The notes under the pieces: generated by a model | Told to the model about the DNA's origin: nothing | Seen by the model: the letters and a program-made list of their open reading frames with translations, nothing else | Databases searched by the model: none | Program-made: the position numbers and the translations under genes | Shown: positions 1-10,166 of the stretch, piece after piece | How positions within the stretch are numbered: position 1 is the stretch's first letter | Layout of the letters: each line of letters starts with the position of its first letter | DNA from: Pseudomonadota bacterium | GTDB taxonomy: Bacteria > Babelota > Babeliae > Babelales > CAIQNR01 | Assembly (NCBI GenBank): GCA_027487215.1 | Contig: JAIYDZ010000007.1 | Location: forward strand, 66,961 to 130,960 | Reading direction: 5' to 3' | Length of the DNA: 64,000 bases

Positions 1-212
1 TTTTGCAACCATCTTCTATATTTTATCAAATTTACTCAATTGCTATTGATCAGCAAAACAGGCTTATTGTAGGAGGCTCTATAAATACAAGTTATTACGG
101 TTTAATTAGTCGTTTTTTGCAAACTGGTACTATTGATTCAATTAGTTCCTGGTCTATAAAAAATGCAAAAGAATATTTTAAACAAAATAATATTAAAACC
201 GGAATCATTTAA
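1..212 (+). CDS. 3' end of a delta-60-repeat (beta-propeller-like) secreted protein; 5' end outside window
   Basis: Frame is open to the left edge. The tail RLIVGGSINTSYYGLISRFLQTGTIDSISSWSIKN parallels the C-terminus of the 1419..2813 paralog (RIIAVGRSNEATNAYNALAVRYLSNGSLDSVATWSYQN). Confidence 0.6.
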   Translation, partial: LQPSSIFYQIYSIAIDQQNRLIVGGSINTSYYGLISRFLQTGTIDSISSWSIKNAKEYFKQNNIKTGII

Positions 213-226
213 AAAAAAAGGAAAAA

Positions 227-1000
227 ATGATGAAAAAAAACTTATTGTACACTGTTTTATCAGTAATAGTGGGATTGAATGTTGCTGATATTCATGCAAA
301 ATTGTATTGTGGACCGACAATGTCATGGTACAAATTACGTGAAAGTAATATTTTTGACGTTGGTGGCAACAAAGACACATTAGTAAATTCAAGTAGTAAA
401 GTTGTTCCCGGATTTGTATTTGGATGGGAAACAAAAACATCAATTGATTGTTGTCAAAAATGGTTTGCAACATGGGGTCTTAGTTTTGGGTACAGCGGTC
501 TTAAACGCGCTGTCAAAGCTGATTATGAAGAAACCGGTTCGCCAATAGAATTTTCTATCAAACAACATGTCACTGATCTTAGATTTACTCCTTATATTGG
601 TATTGAAAAAGTACAAAAACAAAATGTAACTGTCGGCGCAAGCGCAGGGTGTGCAATCGCGCGTAAAGTGCTTGATAACTTTGTGGTTCATTACAAAACA
701 AACGATGCATTTTGTGGATTGAGCCTTGAACCACAAAATATAAACTTCTTAGGTGATTTTAGTGTGTATGCATTTAAAGAATTTTCAAATTCATACCGCG
801 CACGTTTTGCATACAACCTTTCAGTCGGTCATATTAAATATGGAAGACAAGTGTTTATTGGAACTCCCGATGTCGGTGCGCCAGAACAGTTTGATGCAAT
901 AGCTTTATTAACAGATGCTGACAGTATTTACCTTCAAAAAGAGCCAGCTTTAAAACTTGTTGTACATCGCCTTTCGCTTTCGTTAGAAAGAGAATTTTAA
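227..1000 (+). CDS. putative outer-membrane beta-barrel protein
   Basis: Signal peptide MMKKNLLYTVLSVIVGLNVADIHA. Alternating hydrophobic/polar strands rich in G/Y/F. C-terminal beta-signal-like LSLSLEREF ends in Phe. No family-level motif recognised. Confidence 0.45.
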   Translation: MMKKNLLYTVLSVIVGLNVADIHAKLYCGPTMSWYKLRESNIFDVGGNKDTLVNSSSKVVPGFVFGWETKTSIDCCQKWFATWGLSFGYSGLKRAVKADYEETGSPIEFSIKQHVTDLRFTPYIGIEKVQKQNVTVGASAGCAIARKVLDNFVVHYKTNDAFCGLSLEPQNINFLGDFSVYAFKEFSNSYRARFAYNLSVGHIKYGRQVFIGTPDVGAPEQFDAIALLTDADSIYLQKEPALKLVVHRLSLSLEREF

Positions 1001-1015
1001 TAAGTAAGTACTATC

Positions 1016-1074
1016 AAAAATAATATCCCCTGAAAAATGCCTGCTAGAAAGGTTTTTCGGGGGATATTATTTTT
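1016..1074 (+). terminator. rho-independent terminator of the barrel-protein gene
   Basis: AAAAATAATATCCCCTGAAAAA (1016-1037) pairs with TTTTTCGGGGGATATTATTTTT (1053-1074) with one G-U pair. GC core followed by a T-run. Confidence 0.8.
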
Positions 1075-1418
1075 GATTAAACATTTTTTAATCAGCATTG
1101 TTTTTAATAGTATAGTTAATAATCATTCAACGTGCTTCAATTTTGATCGAGTCTTTGTATTTATTGATCTGGTGCTGGAATTCAGTATATAATTTTATAT
1201 GGTTTATTTTGTATAATAATTGAAAAAATTATTTTTACTATTAACAAGATACGACTTACACACTATTGTGTCGTATAATTTATGTTCAGATTTTTGCATG
1301 CAGAAAATTTATTTCTTAAACCCATCTCTTGTGGTTTTTGTGCTTTTCAGTGTTTACTGGGTTAAGTAAATTATTTTTACAAAGAAATTTAGATAATAAA
1401 AAGTAAGGGAATTTTTTT

Positions 1419-2813
1419 ATGTGCAAAAATAAAAATTTATATGGTTTTTTATTTTTTTTACTTTTTTTAAAATCAACTTCTTTTTGTTTTGGTTTTGTGC
1501 CAGGTTTTAATACCGTTGGATATTTTCAAAGTGAAAGTGGAACGAACTCCCGTTCGTTAAAAAGTTGTCTTCTTGATAGTAATAAAAAAATTGTTACAGT
1601 TGGGCGCACTGATGACAACGGTGCTGATAATCATGACGGATTGATTATGCGATTTAATACTGATGGGACCCTTGATAAAACTTTTAATGGCACAGGTTTT
1701 ATTGCCGATGATACTGTAACAGAAAGTTATTTTTATCATGATATGGCATTAGATGATCAAGGTAATATTGTTGCAGTAGGACGGACTAATAAAAAAAATA
1801 ATGACTCTAACGAATTTTATAGATTGATAGTTCGTTATAAACCTGATGGCACGCGGGATCCTTTATTTGCTGTTGGGGGAGTCGAGGGGGGTGGTGTTAT
1901 AAAAGTAGGAATAGCTGGTCTTGATTTTCATGAATTGTTTGGTGTTGCAATTGACCCTCAAGATCGTATTATTTCTGTAGGAAGATGTAAAGAATCAACT
2001 TCTCAACAAGTGCGGGGTCTAATTTTTTGTCACCAAAATAATGGGGAATTAGATACTACTACTTTTACTGGTGATGGTATTATTCAATATACCAGTACAG
2101 GGGTTACTTCTTCTTTATTTAATGATGTCGTTATCGATAGTAATGGTAAAATTATTGTAGTCGGTCAAGTCAATGGTAACACCGGAAGAATGATAAGATA
2201 TACTTCTAGTGGCACAGTAGAGACTGTTTTTGCTAATCCTGGAGGCGCAACGGTCTCAATGCTCAATGGTATAAAAATTGATAGTTCGGGTAAAATTATT
2301 GTAGTTGGTGCTGAAAGCACCACTGGAAACGGTATCATAATACGTTACAATTCTAATGGAGCTTTAGACACAACTTTTAATGGCACAGGATTTGTGAGCG
2401 CAGAAGTGGATGGTTTAAATTCAAAATATTTCAATCAATGTTTTATTGATGGGCAAGGTAAAATTATTGTAGTAGGTCAAAGTGATGAGCTGACAACTAA
2501 TGGTGGAGATTTTAAAGCTCTCATTGCAAGATTCAATTCAGATGGTTCTTTAGATAAGACATTTAATGGAACTGGTTTCATTAATGCTGAAACACGATCA
2601 GGGATTGATGGTTATGAATATTATGATTGTGTAGTTGATGAGTATGAAAGAATTATTGCAGTAGGTAGATCAAATGAAGCAACTAACGCTTATAACGCAC
2701 TGGCTGTTCGTTATCTTTCAAACGGTTCACTCGATAGTGTTGCAACATGGAGCTACCAAAATTACGCCAGCCATTGGAAAAGTTTAGGAAAAAATTTAAG
2801 TTTTCTAGGTTAA
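1419..2813 (+). CDS. secreted delta-60-repeat protein (predicted beta-propeller)
   Basis: Signal peptide. About 7 repeats of ~55-60 aa, each carrying DG(S/T)LD(K/T)TFNGTGF and G(K/N)I(I/V)(A/V)VG(R/Q). Examples: DGTLDKTFNGTGFIADD, NGALDTTFNGTGFVSAE, DGSLDKTFNGTGFINAE. Matches the delta-60 repeat (TIGR02608-type) pattern. Confidence 0.7.
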   Translation: MCKNKNLYGFLFFLLFLKSTSFCFGFVPGFNTVGYFQSESGTNSRSLKSCLLDSNKKIVTVGRTDDNGADNHDGLIMRFNTDGTLDKTFNGTGFIADDTVTESYFYHDMALDDQGNIVAVGRTNKKNNDSNEFYRLIVRYKPDGTRDPLFAVGGVEGGGVIKVGIAGLDFHELFGVAIDPQDRIISVGRCKESTSQQVRGLIFCHQNNGELDTTTFTGDGIIQYTSTGVTSSLFNDVVIDSNGKIIVVGQVNGNTGRMIRYTSSGTVETVFANPGGATVSMLNGIKIDSSGKIIVVGAESTTGNGIIIRYNSNGALDTTFNGTGFVSAEVDGLNSKYFNQCFIDGQGKIIVVGQSDELTTNGGDFKALIARFNSDGSLDKTFNGTGFINAETRSGIDGYEYYDCVVDEYERIIAVGRSNEATNAYNALAVRYLSNGSLDSVATWSYQNYASHWKSLGKNLSFLG

Positions 2814-3082
2814 CCGACTTATAAATTTTTAATTTAAAATAGTAATGCTCAACTTAATGTGCACAAATAAAATGCAAATTAATATAATTAATTCATATAA
2901 GAAATTTAACCATCCAAAAGCTTTATTGCATCGGTAGAGTGATTAAAAACAAGATCTACTAAAAGTTTTTAATGGATCTTAATGGATTTTATTAAGACTT
3001 TGCTCAAAGTTTAACTAAGAGTGATTATTTTAGAATTTATTATTTAAAACACAGCTCAAATGAGCTTTTTGGGATGTTTAAA

Positions 3083-4495
3083 TTATTGATAAACATGAAT
3101 AATAAACGCAATAACGAGCGAGACTATCAGCGGTGGAAGCACTTTATTTAAAGAAAGTGCGTAAGAAAATGAAAGATTCCACAATTTATGCGCAAGAATA
3201 GTAAGATAAAAGAATGCTCCAAATCGGATAATTGCACAAGAAAGCAATGTTGTAATAAGCGAACCATAAGTACAATTATAAGAAGCCACTAACATTGATA
3301 ATACAAAACTGACTGTGTTAATAAGTGCAACATAGTGCGACTGTTCTTCTGCAGCAAAAAGTTTGTCGTATAATATAAATAAAGTTTCTAACACATGTGA
3401 AACACAAAATATTGCTATAACTACCCATAACGCTATTTCTTTTTGTCCTGAATGCATTAATATTACACTTCTTCCGTTGATCAAAAAAAGTGTAATCACA
3501 CAAATGACGAGATACCAACATTTTTTATAAAGAAATTTAAATGCTAATTGTTTGCTTTCTGCTGACAATAATTTTGTTCGTGCAAAAAGTGCAGCACCCG
3601 AAGGTCCAAAAACTCTTTGAATAAAAAAAGTAAGAGAAAAAGTAATGGTGTTTACAAATGAGGCAGTGCCTGTCATCGTAAGTCCTATCTGACAAGCAAA
3701 AAGCGGTAAAAGAAAGTTACTTGAAAAAAGAGAATTCCCTACCTGATTAATAAATAAAAACAATCGAGTTATAAGGACTCTTTTTGGTAAAGTAAGTGGA
3801 ATTGTTTTTGGCAAATTGGGTAAGGTGCAATAATAACGATAAAGAAAAACACCTAATACTACCGCTGTTAAAAATGAAATTATCATAAAAGGAGCGGTTA
3901 ACATTAAGAGCGAAAAAGGTATTCCACAAAAATATAATATCCATACCGTCGCTACATACAAAGCAATGTTAGTGACCTCAATCCAAGCAGTTATCTTATT
4001 TTGAAAACCTAATTGTAAAAGTGCTCGCATGTTTTTTTTCATTGATTCTGCAGTAATAAAAAAAACAAAACACAACAGCGAAGAATAATCTAAATAAGAG
4101 TTTAAAAAAGTTGGTCTGCCTTTGTAAGCCATCAATGCTGATCCAACAAGACCCGAAAGACCTGCTACCAAAAACATTTGAGGAATTAAATAAGAACTTA
4201 TTAAATGTTTAAAATTCTTTTTGTTTTCAGAAAAAACGCTAAAAAAGGGAATTACTCCCACATCAAAACTGGTATTAACCCACATAATAACTAAGTATAA
4301 AAAAGCAAAAAGAGCGCCATAAATACCGTACAAGTTTCTGTCAGCATTATAAAAAAGTGCAGTGTGATGACTAAGATAAAGAATTTGATACAGTATCGAT
4401 TCAAAAGCATTCCAAAAAAGCGATCCCATAACTGCTCTTTTAAGCCGAGCAAGAACTGTTAATTCTGAGGGATCTGTGGGAAAAGTATGTACCAC
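3083..4495 (-). CDS. polytopic membrane protein, MOP/Wzx-like oligosaccharide flippase family (generic call)
   Basis: 470 aa with about 12-14 hydrophobic helices throughout. GTG start preceded by AAGGAA. Size and topology fit polysaccharide-biosynthesis flippases. MurJ-specific N-terminal motifs not seen. Confidence 0.45.
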   Translation of the reverse strand: MVHTFPTDPSELTVLARLKRAVMGSLFWNAFESILYQILYLSHHTALFYNADRNLYGIYGALFAFLYLVIMWVNTSFDVGVIPFFSVFSENKKNFKHLISSYLIPQMFLVAGLSGLVGSALMAYKGRPTFLNSYLDYSSLLCFVFFITAESMKKNMRALLQLGFQNKITAWIEVTNIALYVATVWILYFCGIPFSLLMLTAPFMIISFLTAVVLGVFLYRYYCTLPNLPKTIPLTLPKRVLITRLFLFINQVGNSLFSSNFLLPLFACQIGLTMTGTASFVNTITFSLTFFIQRVFGPSGAALFARTKLLSAESKQLAFKFLYKKCWYLVICVITLFLINGRSVILMHSGQKEIALWVVIAIFCVSHVLETLFILYDKLFAAEEQSHYVALINTVSFVLSMLVASYNCTYGSLITTLLSCAIIRFGAFFYLTILAHKLWNLSFSYALSLNKVLPPLIVSLVIAFIIHVYQ

Positions 4496-4875
4496 GGCAG
4501 TTCCTTTTTAGAAAACCAAACATTTTTTGCAGTATAACAAACTTCAAACTCAATAGGTATTAAAGATTATTTCTTAAGATAATGAGTACTTTTATGAGTT
4601 ACTCTAAATACTGATTCAATCGAATTTTTAAATATTTTTAACCTAGATCATTTATTTTTAAATCAAGTGACCATTATACTTATGGCCACATTTTCACACT
4701 TTTATTAAGAGTAGTTATAAGGGTAAAACGGTACAAATGATAGGCATAAAAGTTCTTGTTTAAGAACTAATTAAAAGATCACGTGAAAAAATTATCATAT
4801 GTGCTATACTTTTTATCCCGTATGGTCAATATGCTGTTATGCGGATAAAAAGCTTTATGGGAAGGAGAATGTAGT

Positions 4876-5388
4876 ATGTTCTCACTACAACAAAAAGTAG
4901 TTTATCCTGGACACGGGGTTGCGCAAATCTCCCGTATTTTTGAAAAGAGATTTGGCACAGATAAAGCAGTTTTTTGTGAATTAAAATTCCTTAAAAAAGA
5001 TATGACTGTAATGGTTCCTATGGACAGAGCTCACGAAGTTGGGATTCGTCCCTTAAGCTCTACCGATACCATTCTTTTAATGCTTGAAACATTTTCTGTT
5101 CCAGCTCGAAAAATAGATCAACAAGAACTTACCGCAAGTAATTGGAACAGAAGAAACAAAGAGTATCAAAATAAATTGCGCACCGGTTCATTAAAAGATA
5201 TCTCAGAAATCTATCGTGATCTTAAAAACATTTCTCGCTATAAAGAACTTTCTTTTGGTGAAAAAAATCTTCTGATTAAAACCGAAGCTTTGTTAGTAGA
5301 GGAGATTTCTGCAGCTGAGCAGCTTCAAGAAAATGAAGCGATAGAAAGATTGCGATCATTTTTTTTGCCGGCACTTCAAAGATCTTAA
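4876..5388 (+). CDS. carD: CarD/CdnL-family RNA-polymerase-binding transcription regulator
   Basis: N-terminal KVVYPGHGVAQISRIFEKRFG...MTVMVPMDRAHEVGIRPLSS is the CarD_CdnL_TRCF RNAP-interaction domain pattern. Strong RBS GAAGGAG. Confidence 0.85.
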   Translation: MFSLQQKVVYPGHGVAQISRIFEKRFGTDKAVFCELKFLKKDMTVMVPMDRAHEVGIRPLSSTDTILLMLETFSVPARKIDQQELTASNWNRRNKEYQNKLRTGSLKDISEIYRDLKNISRYKELSFGEKNLLIKTEALLVEEISAAEQLQENEAIERLRSFFLPALQRS

Positions 5389-5406
5389 AAAAGAGAGAGT
5401 AGTAAT

Positions 5407-6687
5407 ATGAAGATTCGGTTCTTTTATATAAGTGCACTAATTTTTTTCAGTGCGCCCGTTTCTCTACCCGCTTTTACTAATTATGTTGTTATGGTGTACA
5501 TTGCCGGTGATAATGACCTGTTTGAATACGCTCTTAAAGACATAAACGAGATGACAAAAGTCGGTTCTAATGAAAATGTTTCAATTGTTGTACAACTTGA
5601 TGGATACGGCACAGCAGAAAAGACAGAGCGTCTTTTGATTCAAAAAGATAAAACTGTCAATATTGATCCCTCATTATCAAATAAAAAGCTTGATAGTGGT
5701 AACCCGCAAACACTTATTGATTTTTGTACATGGACCATTAATAAGTATCCAGCGAGTCATTATGTATTAGTATTGTGGAATCATGGAAGTGGTATTCTTG
5801 ATCCGTCACCAGTGCGTTCATGGAGTGTTGCAGACTTTTTTATAAAAAATGAAGTGACTGATAAACTTGAAGTAGATCGGTCTCGTGGATTTATAGAATG
5901 GATACGTCGCAGAGGCGTATGTTTTAGTGATACTAATCATTCTTATATTAATGACGAAGGTCTTGGTAGAGCGCTTTATTCCATTACCAAACATCTTGGT
6001 AGAAAATTAGACGTTATAGCTTTTGATGCCTGCATGATGGCAATGGCAGAGATTATTGATACAACCCGTTTTTATGCAGATTATCTCATAGGATCTGAAG
6101 AAGTCGAACCGGGTGACGGATGGCGTTATTCTGAAGCTCTTTTGCCACTTTCTCAAGGATATATAACTCCGCGAGAATTTGCACAGCATGCAGTTGAAGC
6201 ATATCGCACTATGTATGTTGGACAGGTAAATGATTTTACTCAATCAGCTATTGATTTGCGTAAATCATATATCTTACTTGATAATATCGATAGGCTTTCT
6301 CAACTGTTGCTTCGAGCACTTAATGTGCAAGTTGACGATTCTCTTGAACAAGCAATTTTGGCAAGTCGCGATGGAAAACATTGTTTGAATTTTGCTGAAC
6401 CAACCTATATTGACCTTTTAAACTTTTACAGAAACCTTATGCTTCTTATGCCTTTTGTAAAATTGGAAACAGGAAACAAATCGCTTCAGGATCAAATTTC
6501 AAGAACATTAGAGGCAGGTATTAAACTTATTAATCAAACAGTCATTGCATCTACAGCAGGAGTTAATCTCGCTCGCGCTGGTGGCATTTCTATCTATTTC
6601 CCAGTTAAATCAGTTGATCCCTCTTATGAAAAAACTTATTTTGCTAAGGAAAATTCATGGCTTGGGCTTCTTCATTATTTTAACTGA
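5407..6687 (+). CDS. secreted clostripain-like cysteine peptidase (family C11)
   Basis: Signal peptide. YIAGDNDL, the His motif VLVLWNHGSG and the Cys motif VIAFDACMMAMAE occur in the C11 order and spacing. Confidence 0.75.
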   Translation: MKIRFFYISALIFFSAPVSLPAFTNYVVMVYIAGDNDLFEYALKDINEMTKVGSNENVSIVVQLDGYGTAEKTERLLIQKDKTVNIDPSLSNKKLDSGNPQTLIDFCTWTINKYPASHYVLVLWNHGSGILDPSPVRSWSVADFFIKNEVTDKLEVDRSRGFIEWIRRRGVCFSDTNHSYINDEGLGRALYSITKHLGRKLDVIAFDACMMAMAEIIDTTRFYADYLIGSEEVEPGDGWRYSEALLPLSQGYITPREFAQHAVEAYRTMYVGQVNDFTQSAIDLRKSYILLDNIDRLSQLLLRALNVQVDDSLEQAILASRDGKHCLNFAEPTYIDLLNFYRNLMLLMPFVKLETGNKSLQDQISRTLEAGIKLINQTVIASTAGVNLARAGGISIYFPVKSVDPSYEKTYFAKENSWLGLLHYFN

Positions 6688-6771
6688 AGGGTTAAGGGGT
6701 AATGATTCAAAGGTGGAATTACCTTAGGAATCAAGTATAATAAGGCCTAAACACTCTAGTTTGGGCCTTAT

Positions 6772-7707
6772 ATGAATATGAAAAACAAATATATACTCGT
6801 TCACGGACCAACAGGGGTTGGTAAAAGCGCTACCATAGAACAAATTGGAGCAACACTTCCTATAGAAATCGTCAATTGTGATGTGGGTCAATTTTATACA
6901 CCTTTTTCAATTGGTACCGCAAAACCCGACTGGCGATCATCAACTATTGCCCATCATTTGTTTGATGTAATTGATACTCCCGAAAATTTTTCTGTTGTAA
7001 AATATAGAGAATTAATTACACAAAAAATGTCTGAAATTAGCAATCGTGGAAACGTCCCTGTTCTTGTAGGTGGATCTGGTTTTTATGGAAAATCATTATT
7101 TTTTCCACCATTACAAGATTCTAGCGATTCAAATGTTTCTGATAAAGCTTCATGGGATAAGCTTTATGAACTTGATCCTGAACGTGCAAAAAGCCTTCAT
7201 AAAAATGATACCTATCGGATTTCTCGTGCCTGTGCAATTATGCAATCAACCGGAAATCTACCTTCTAAACTTACTCCTCATTATGACCCCTTGCCAGGCG
7301 ATTGTCTGGTAATTTTTTTAACACGCAATCGAGATGAACTTTATTCACGAATTAATTCACGCACTTATCAAATGTTGACAGAAGGATGGATTGAAGAAGT
7401 TATGAAACTTCGTGGTACTGAGTGGGAAAGTTTTTTGGAACGAAAAAAACTTATAGGGTATACTGATATTTTGCAGTATTTGAAAGTTGATATTCATGAC
7501 GAGAATTCAAAAGATCGGCTCATAGAAATCATTCAACGGCGTACTCGTAATTATGCAAAACGACAAGAAACGTTTTGGAAAATGTTTAAACGGTTATTAG
7601 AGCCACACTTTGAAAAAAATGCTTCTATGATTGCAGAAGTTAATCTTTCAGATACTCTGCAAAAAGACTTTGTTAAAAAATATCTTATGCAATTTCTATC
7701 ACAGTAA
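6772..7707 (+). CDS. miaA: tRNA dimethylallyltransferase
   Basis: P-loop HGPTGVGKS at the N-terminus, then VGGSGFY and the length and order typical of MiaA. Confidence 0.9.
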   Translation: MNMKNKYILVHGPTGVGKSATIEQIGATLPIEIVNCDVGQFYTPFSIGTAKPDWRSSTIAHHLFDVIDTPENFSVVKYRELITQKMSEISNRGNVPVLVGGSGFYGKSLFFPPLQDSSDSNVSDKASWDKLYELDPERAKSLHKNDTYRISRACAIMQSTGNLPSKLTPHYDPLPGDCLVIFLTRNRDELYSRINSRTYQMLTEGWIEEVMKLRGTEWESFLERKKLIGYTDILQYLKVDIHDENSKDRLIEIIQRRTRNYAKRQETFWKMFKRLLEPHFEKNASMIAEVNLSDTLQKDFVKKYLMQFLSQ

Positions 7708-7716
7708 AGGAGAGAC

Positions 7717-8322
7717 GTGAAAGAAATACATGATAAAGAAAATGGTGGCTTTACAGTCCCACAACATGAAGCAAGTTGGTTTATTGGATTAGGCATTCTA
7801 TTCATGTTGCTCTCATTTTTAGGAGGATATTTCTGGGGTCAAAAGCGCGCTATCAGTAGATTTTTAAATAAAGTTGAAGAAGAGTCTTTTGCAGATCGAA
7901 TTACCTATTCACTTTATACACTCACTGGTAAGAGCATTGAAGAAGATCAGAATAATGATGCGTCTGAAGACTCTGAGGAAGAAACCACGTCTGACACCGA
8001 TGAAAAAGCAGCAGAAGAGCAGCAACAGGTTATAACTGATACAGATACGCCTGAAGTTATTTACTTTGCAAACATAGTAGGTTTTGGAACCTTGCATGCA
8101 GCAAATAATTTTGTCCATAAGGTAAATAAAATGGGCATTCCTGTAATGGTAAAAGAACGCTCTAGCCATACTCAGCGTGGAAAAAAAATCGTGTGGTATC
8201 AAGTAGTAACACAGGATTATTCTGATAAAAGTGAATTACAAAAAGCACTAGCTGATTTACAACAAAAAGAGCATATTAAAGACATCAAGATTGTAGAAAA
8301 AAGAAAGGGCAACGAGGCATGA
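7717..8322 (+). CDS. membrane-anchored SPOR-domain (peptidoglycan-binding, division-site) protein
   Basis: GTG start after AGGAG. One TM helix (WFIGLGILFMLLSFLGGYFW), an acidic linker and a C-terminal ~75-aa region (IYFANIVGFGTLHAANNFVHKV...WYQVVTQDYSDKSELQKAL) with a SPOR-like pattern. Confidence 0.5.
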   Translation: MKEIHDKENGGFTVPQHEASWFIGLGILFMLLSFLGGYFWGQKRAISRFLNKVEEESFADRITYSLYTLTGKSIEEDQNNDASEDSEEETTSDTDEKAAEEQQQVITDTDTPEVIYFANIVGFGTLHAANNFVHKVNKMGIPVMVKERSSHTQRGKKIVWYQVVTQDYSDKSELQKALADLQQKEHIKDIKIVEKRKGNEA

Positions 8323-10166
8323 TGATTTCAAAAATTCGCACTGGTATTAAAAGCCAATGGAGTAAAGCATTTTTAATAATTTTACTGGTTGTTGTTTTTG
8401 GTGGTATGAGTGTTTTAAAATATGCTAAATACTGGATCACTGGGAGAACTGATGGGGTTGCGTTAGTTAACGGCCAAGAAATAAGCCGTGCTGATTTTGC
8501 ACAACAAAAATTAGAAATAGAATACATTATCAAAGAAGCACATAAAAACTACGGTGCAATGAGTTCATTCTTTTTACAACATCAGTATGGTATCAATGTA
8601 CAAAATCCTGATGATTCTGCACTAGACAGACTTATTCATAAAACTTTACTTATGCAAGCCGTTGAAAGATTTCCTTTATATCTTTCTTCTAAAGCTATTC
8701 AAAATGCCACAATTGACCCTCAGTCAGGCGTTGCACTTAACCTTACCGATAATGAAAAGCGTGCATTTAAGGAAGAAAAACAGGTTGAACTCTTAAGCTC
8801 TCTTATTCAAAATGCTACATGGGTGCCAAAATTTGTAATTGATGAATCTTATGCAAGCAACGTAGTTCCTAAGAAGTTTACTATCGCCACTCTTCCTCTT
8901 GAGCATTTTATTAAAGAAGAAGAAGGCAAAGAAATAACAACATCAGAACTACAAAAGTTTTTTGAAGATAATAAAAATAAACTTTATTTCATTCCTGCAA
9001 AACGTGCTGGTAATGTTTGGACTTTTGATTCTGCAAAGTTTCCGGTGAATATAAGTGATAAAACTATTGAAGACAAATACAACAAAGAAAAGCACTTAAA
9101 TTACATTGATAAACCTGCTCAAATTAAGATTCGTGAAATACGATTTGACGATCTTAAAGGGAAAGGTCTCAATCAACTACAAGAGCAAGCAGAAGCGTTT
9201 TTAAAAGAAGTCACCGCAAATCCAGCGCTTTTTGAAGAGAAAGGTACTCTGGTAGACTTTTTCTCAAAGGGAAGTAAAAAAAAGGAAGGCGCACTTGAAG
9301 TTGCTGCATTTAGATTAAAGACTGATGGAGACATTTCTCCAGTTATTAATCTTGGTGACAAAGGATTTGCTGTTATTCAACGTGTAGCGCGCAAAGAAGC
9401 AACCTATAAACCGCTTGCTCAGGTAAAAGATCAGATTAGAAAAACATTATTGAAAAATGAGTTTTCAAATCAATTTAAATTGAAAGCAAATAACTCTAAA
9501 TCTGATGCACAAGAGCTTAAAACATTTATTGAAAAAAATGGCGGAACTCTTGAACATGTCACCATTCCTTTAAAGGAAAACGATCAAATAGCACGTCGTT
9601 TATTTGCGCTTACAAAAGTAAATGATTGCAGTGTTTTTATACAAGAAGGCAAAGGATATATTGTTCAACTTACTGGTATTACTACCAAGCAAACACTTCC
9701 GTTTGATATGATTGTTGGACAAGTTAAAAAGGATCTTGCTAAAGAAAAAGCACGCAAATCACTTACTCAAGCAGTTAACAAGATTAAAGCTGAAAACTAT
9801 GGAAAAGAAAGTTTAAAAGTTCCTGCTTACGCAAAAACTCAAAAAACTGACTGGGTTGATAGAGCAGATCAAGAACAGCTTAAAAAATTGGCTGAACAAG
9901 GTCTTCCTCTCAATACACTCTCTATTGAGAAAAAAGGTCTTGTTATGGGCGCTGTAGGCAAAAACGATGGGTATATTGTAAGACTTGATGAGCTTAAATC
10001 TGTTGATGAAGCTACAAAAACAACCAAGAAAAAAGAGCTTATCGTCGCTCTTGATCAACGTTTTAAGTCCGTTACAATGGGCTCTTTTATTGCTTCTTTA
10101 TATAAAAATGCTACAATAGACACCAGCAAAACACCTGATATGGGAAATATTTCTTATGAAATCTAA
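8319..10166 (+). CDS. periplasmic chaperone, PpiD/SurA-N-domain-like
   Basis: N-terminal TM anchor followed by [15 protein letters not shown] and [12 protein letters not shown], the SurA_N/PpiD-type start. About 600 aa like PpiD. Parvulin catalytic motifs not clearly visible. Confidence 0.5.
   Translation: MMISKIRTGIKSQWSKAFLIILLVVVFGGMSVLKYAKYWITGRTDGVALVNGQEISRADFAQQKLEIEYIIKEAHKNYGAMSSFFLQHQYGINVQNPDDSALDRLIHKTLLMQAVERFPLYLSSKAIQNATIDPQSGVALNLTDNEKRAFKEEKQVELLSSLIQNATWVPKFVIDESYASNVVPKKFTIATLPLEHFIKEEEGKEITTSELQKFFEDNKNKLYFIPAKRAGNVWTFDSAKFPVNISDKTIEDKYNKEKHLNYIDKPAQIKIREIRFDDLKGKGLNQLQEQAEAFLKEVTANPALFEEKGTLVDFFSKGSKKKEGALEVAAFRLKTDGDISPVINLGDKGFAVIQRVARKEATYKPLAQVKDQIRKTLLKNEFSNQFKLKANNSKSDAQELKTFIEKNGGTLEHVTIPLKENDQIARRLFALTKVNDCSVFIQEGKGYIVQLTGITTKQTLPFDMIVGQVKKDLAKEKARKSLTQAVNKIKAENYGKESLKVPAYAKTQKTDWVDRADQEQLKKLAEQGLPLNTLSIEKKGLVMGAVGKNDGYIVRLDELKSVDEATKTTKKKELIVALDQRFKSVTMGSFIASLYKNATIDTSKTPDMGNISYEI

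Noticed and set aside
138-736. Short antisense or nested ORFs in the track. This includes 138..473 and 440..736, plus similar 60-100-aa ORFs inside recA, rny, ileS, the giant gene, the FtsH-like gene and others.
   Set aside because: All lie inside or antisense to longer, better-supported genes in an AT-rich genome where such shadow ORFs are expected.
1268-1280. 13-mer TGTCGTATAATTT shared by the spacers upstream of 1419 and of the xer gene (18558-18570), considered as a specialised promoter motif.
   Set aside because: A single 13-nt match is expected by chance many times in 64 kb of AT-rich DNA. No matching -35 elements are present.
3083-4495. Calling this polytopic protein MurJ (lipid II flippase).
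   Set aside because: The conserved MurJ N-terminal motifs were not visible, so only a generic MOP/Wzx-like assignment is defensible without a profile search.
4813-4848. DnaA-box-like 9-mers (TTATCCCGT and TGCGGATAA) upstream of carD as a possible oriC fragment.
   Set aside because: The matches are imperfect, there are only two, and they are arranged as an inverted repeat that is better explained as a 5'-UTR hairpin. There is no AT-rich unwinding element context.
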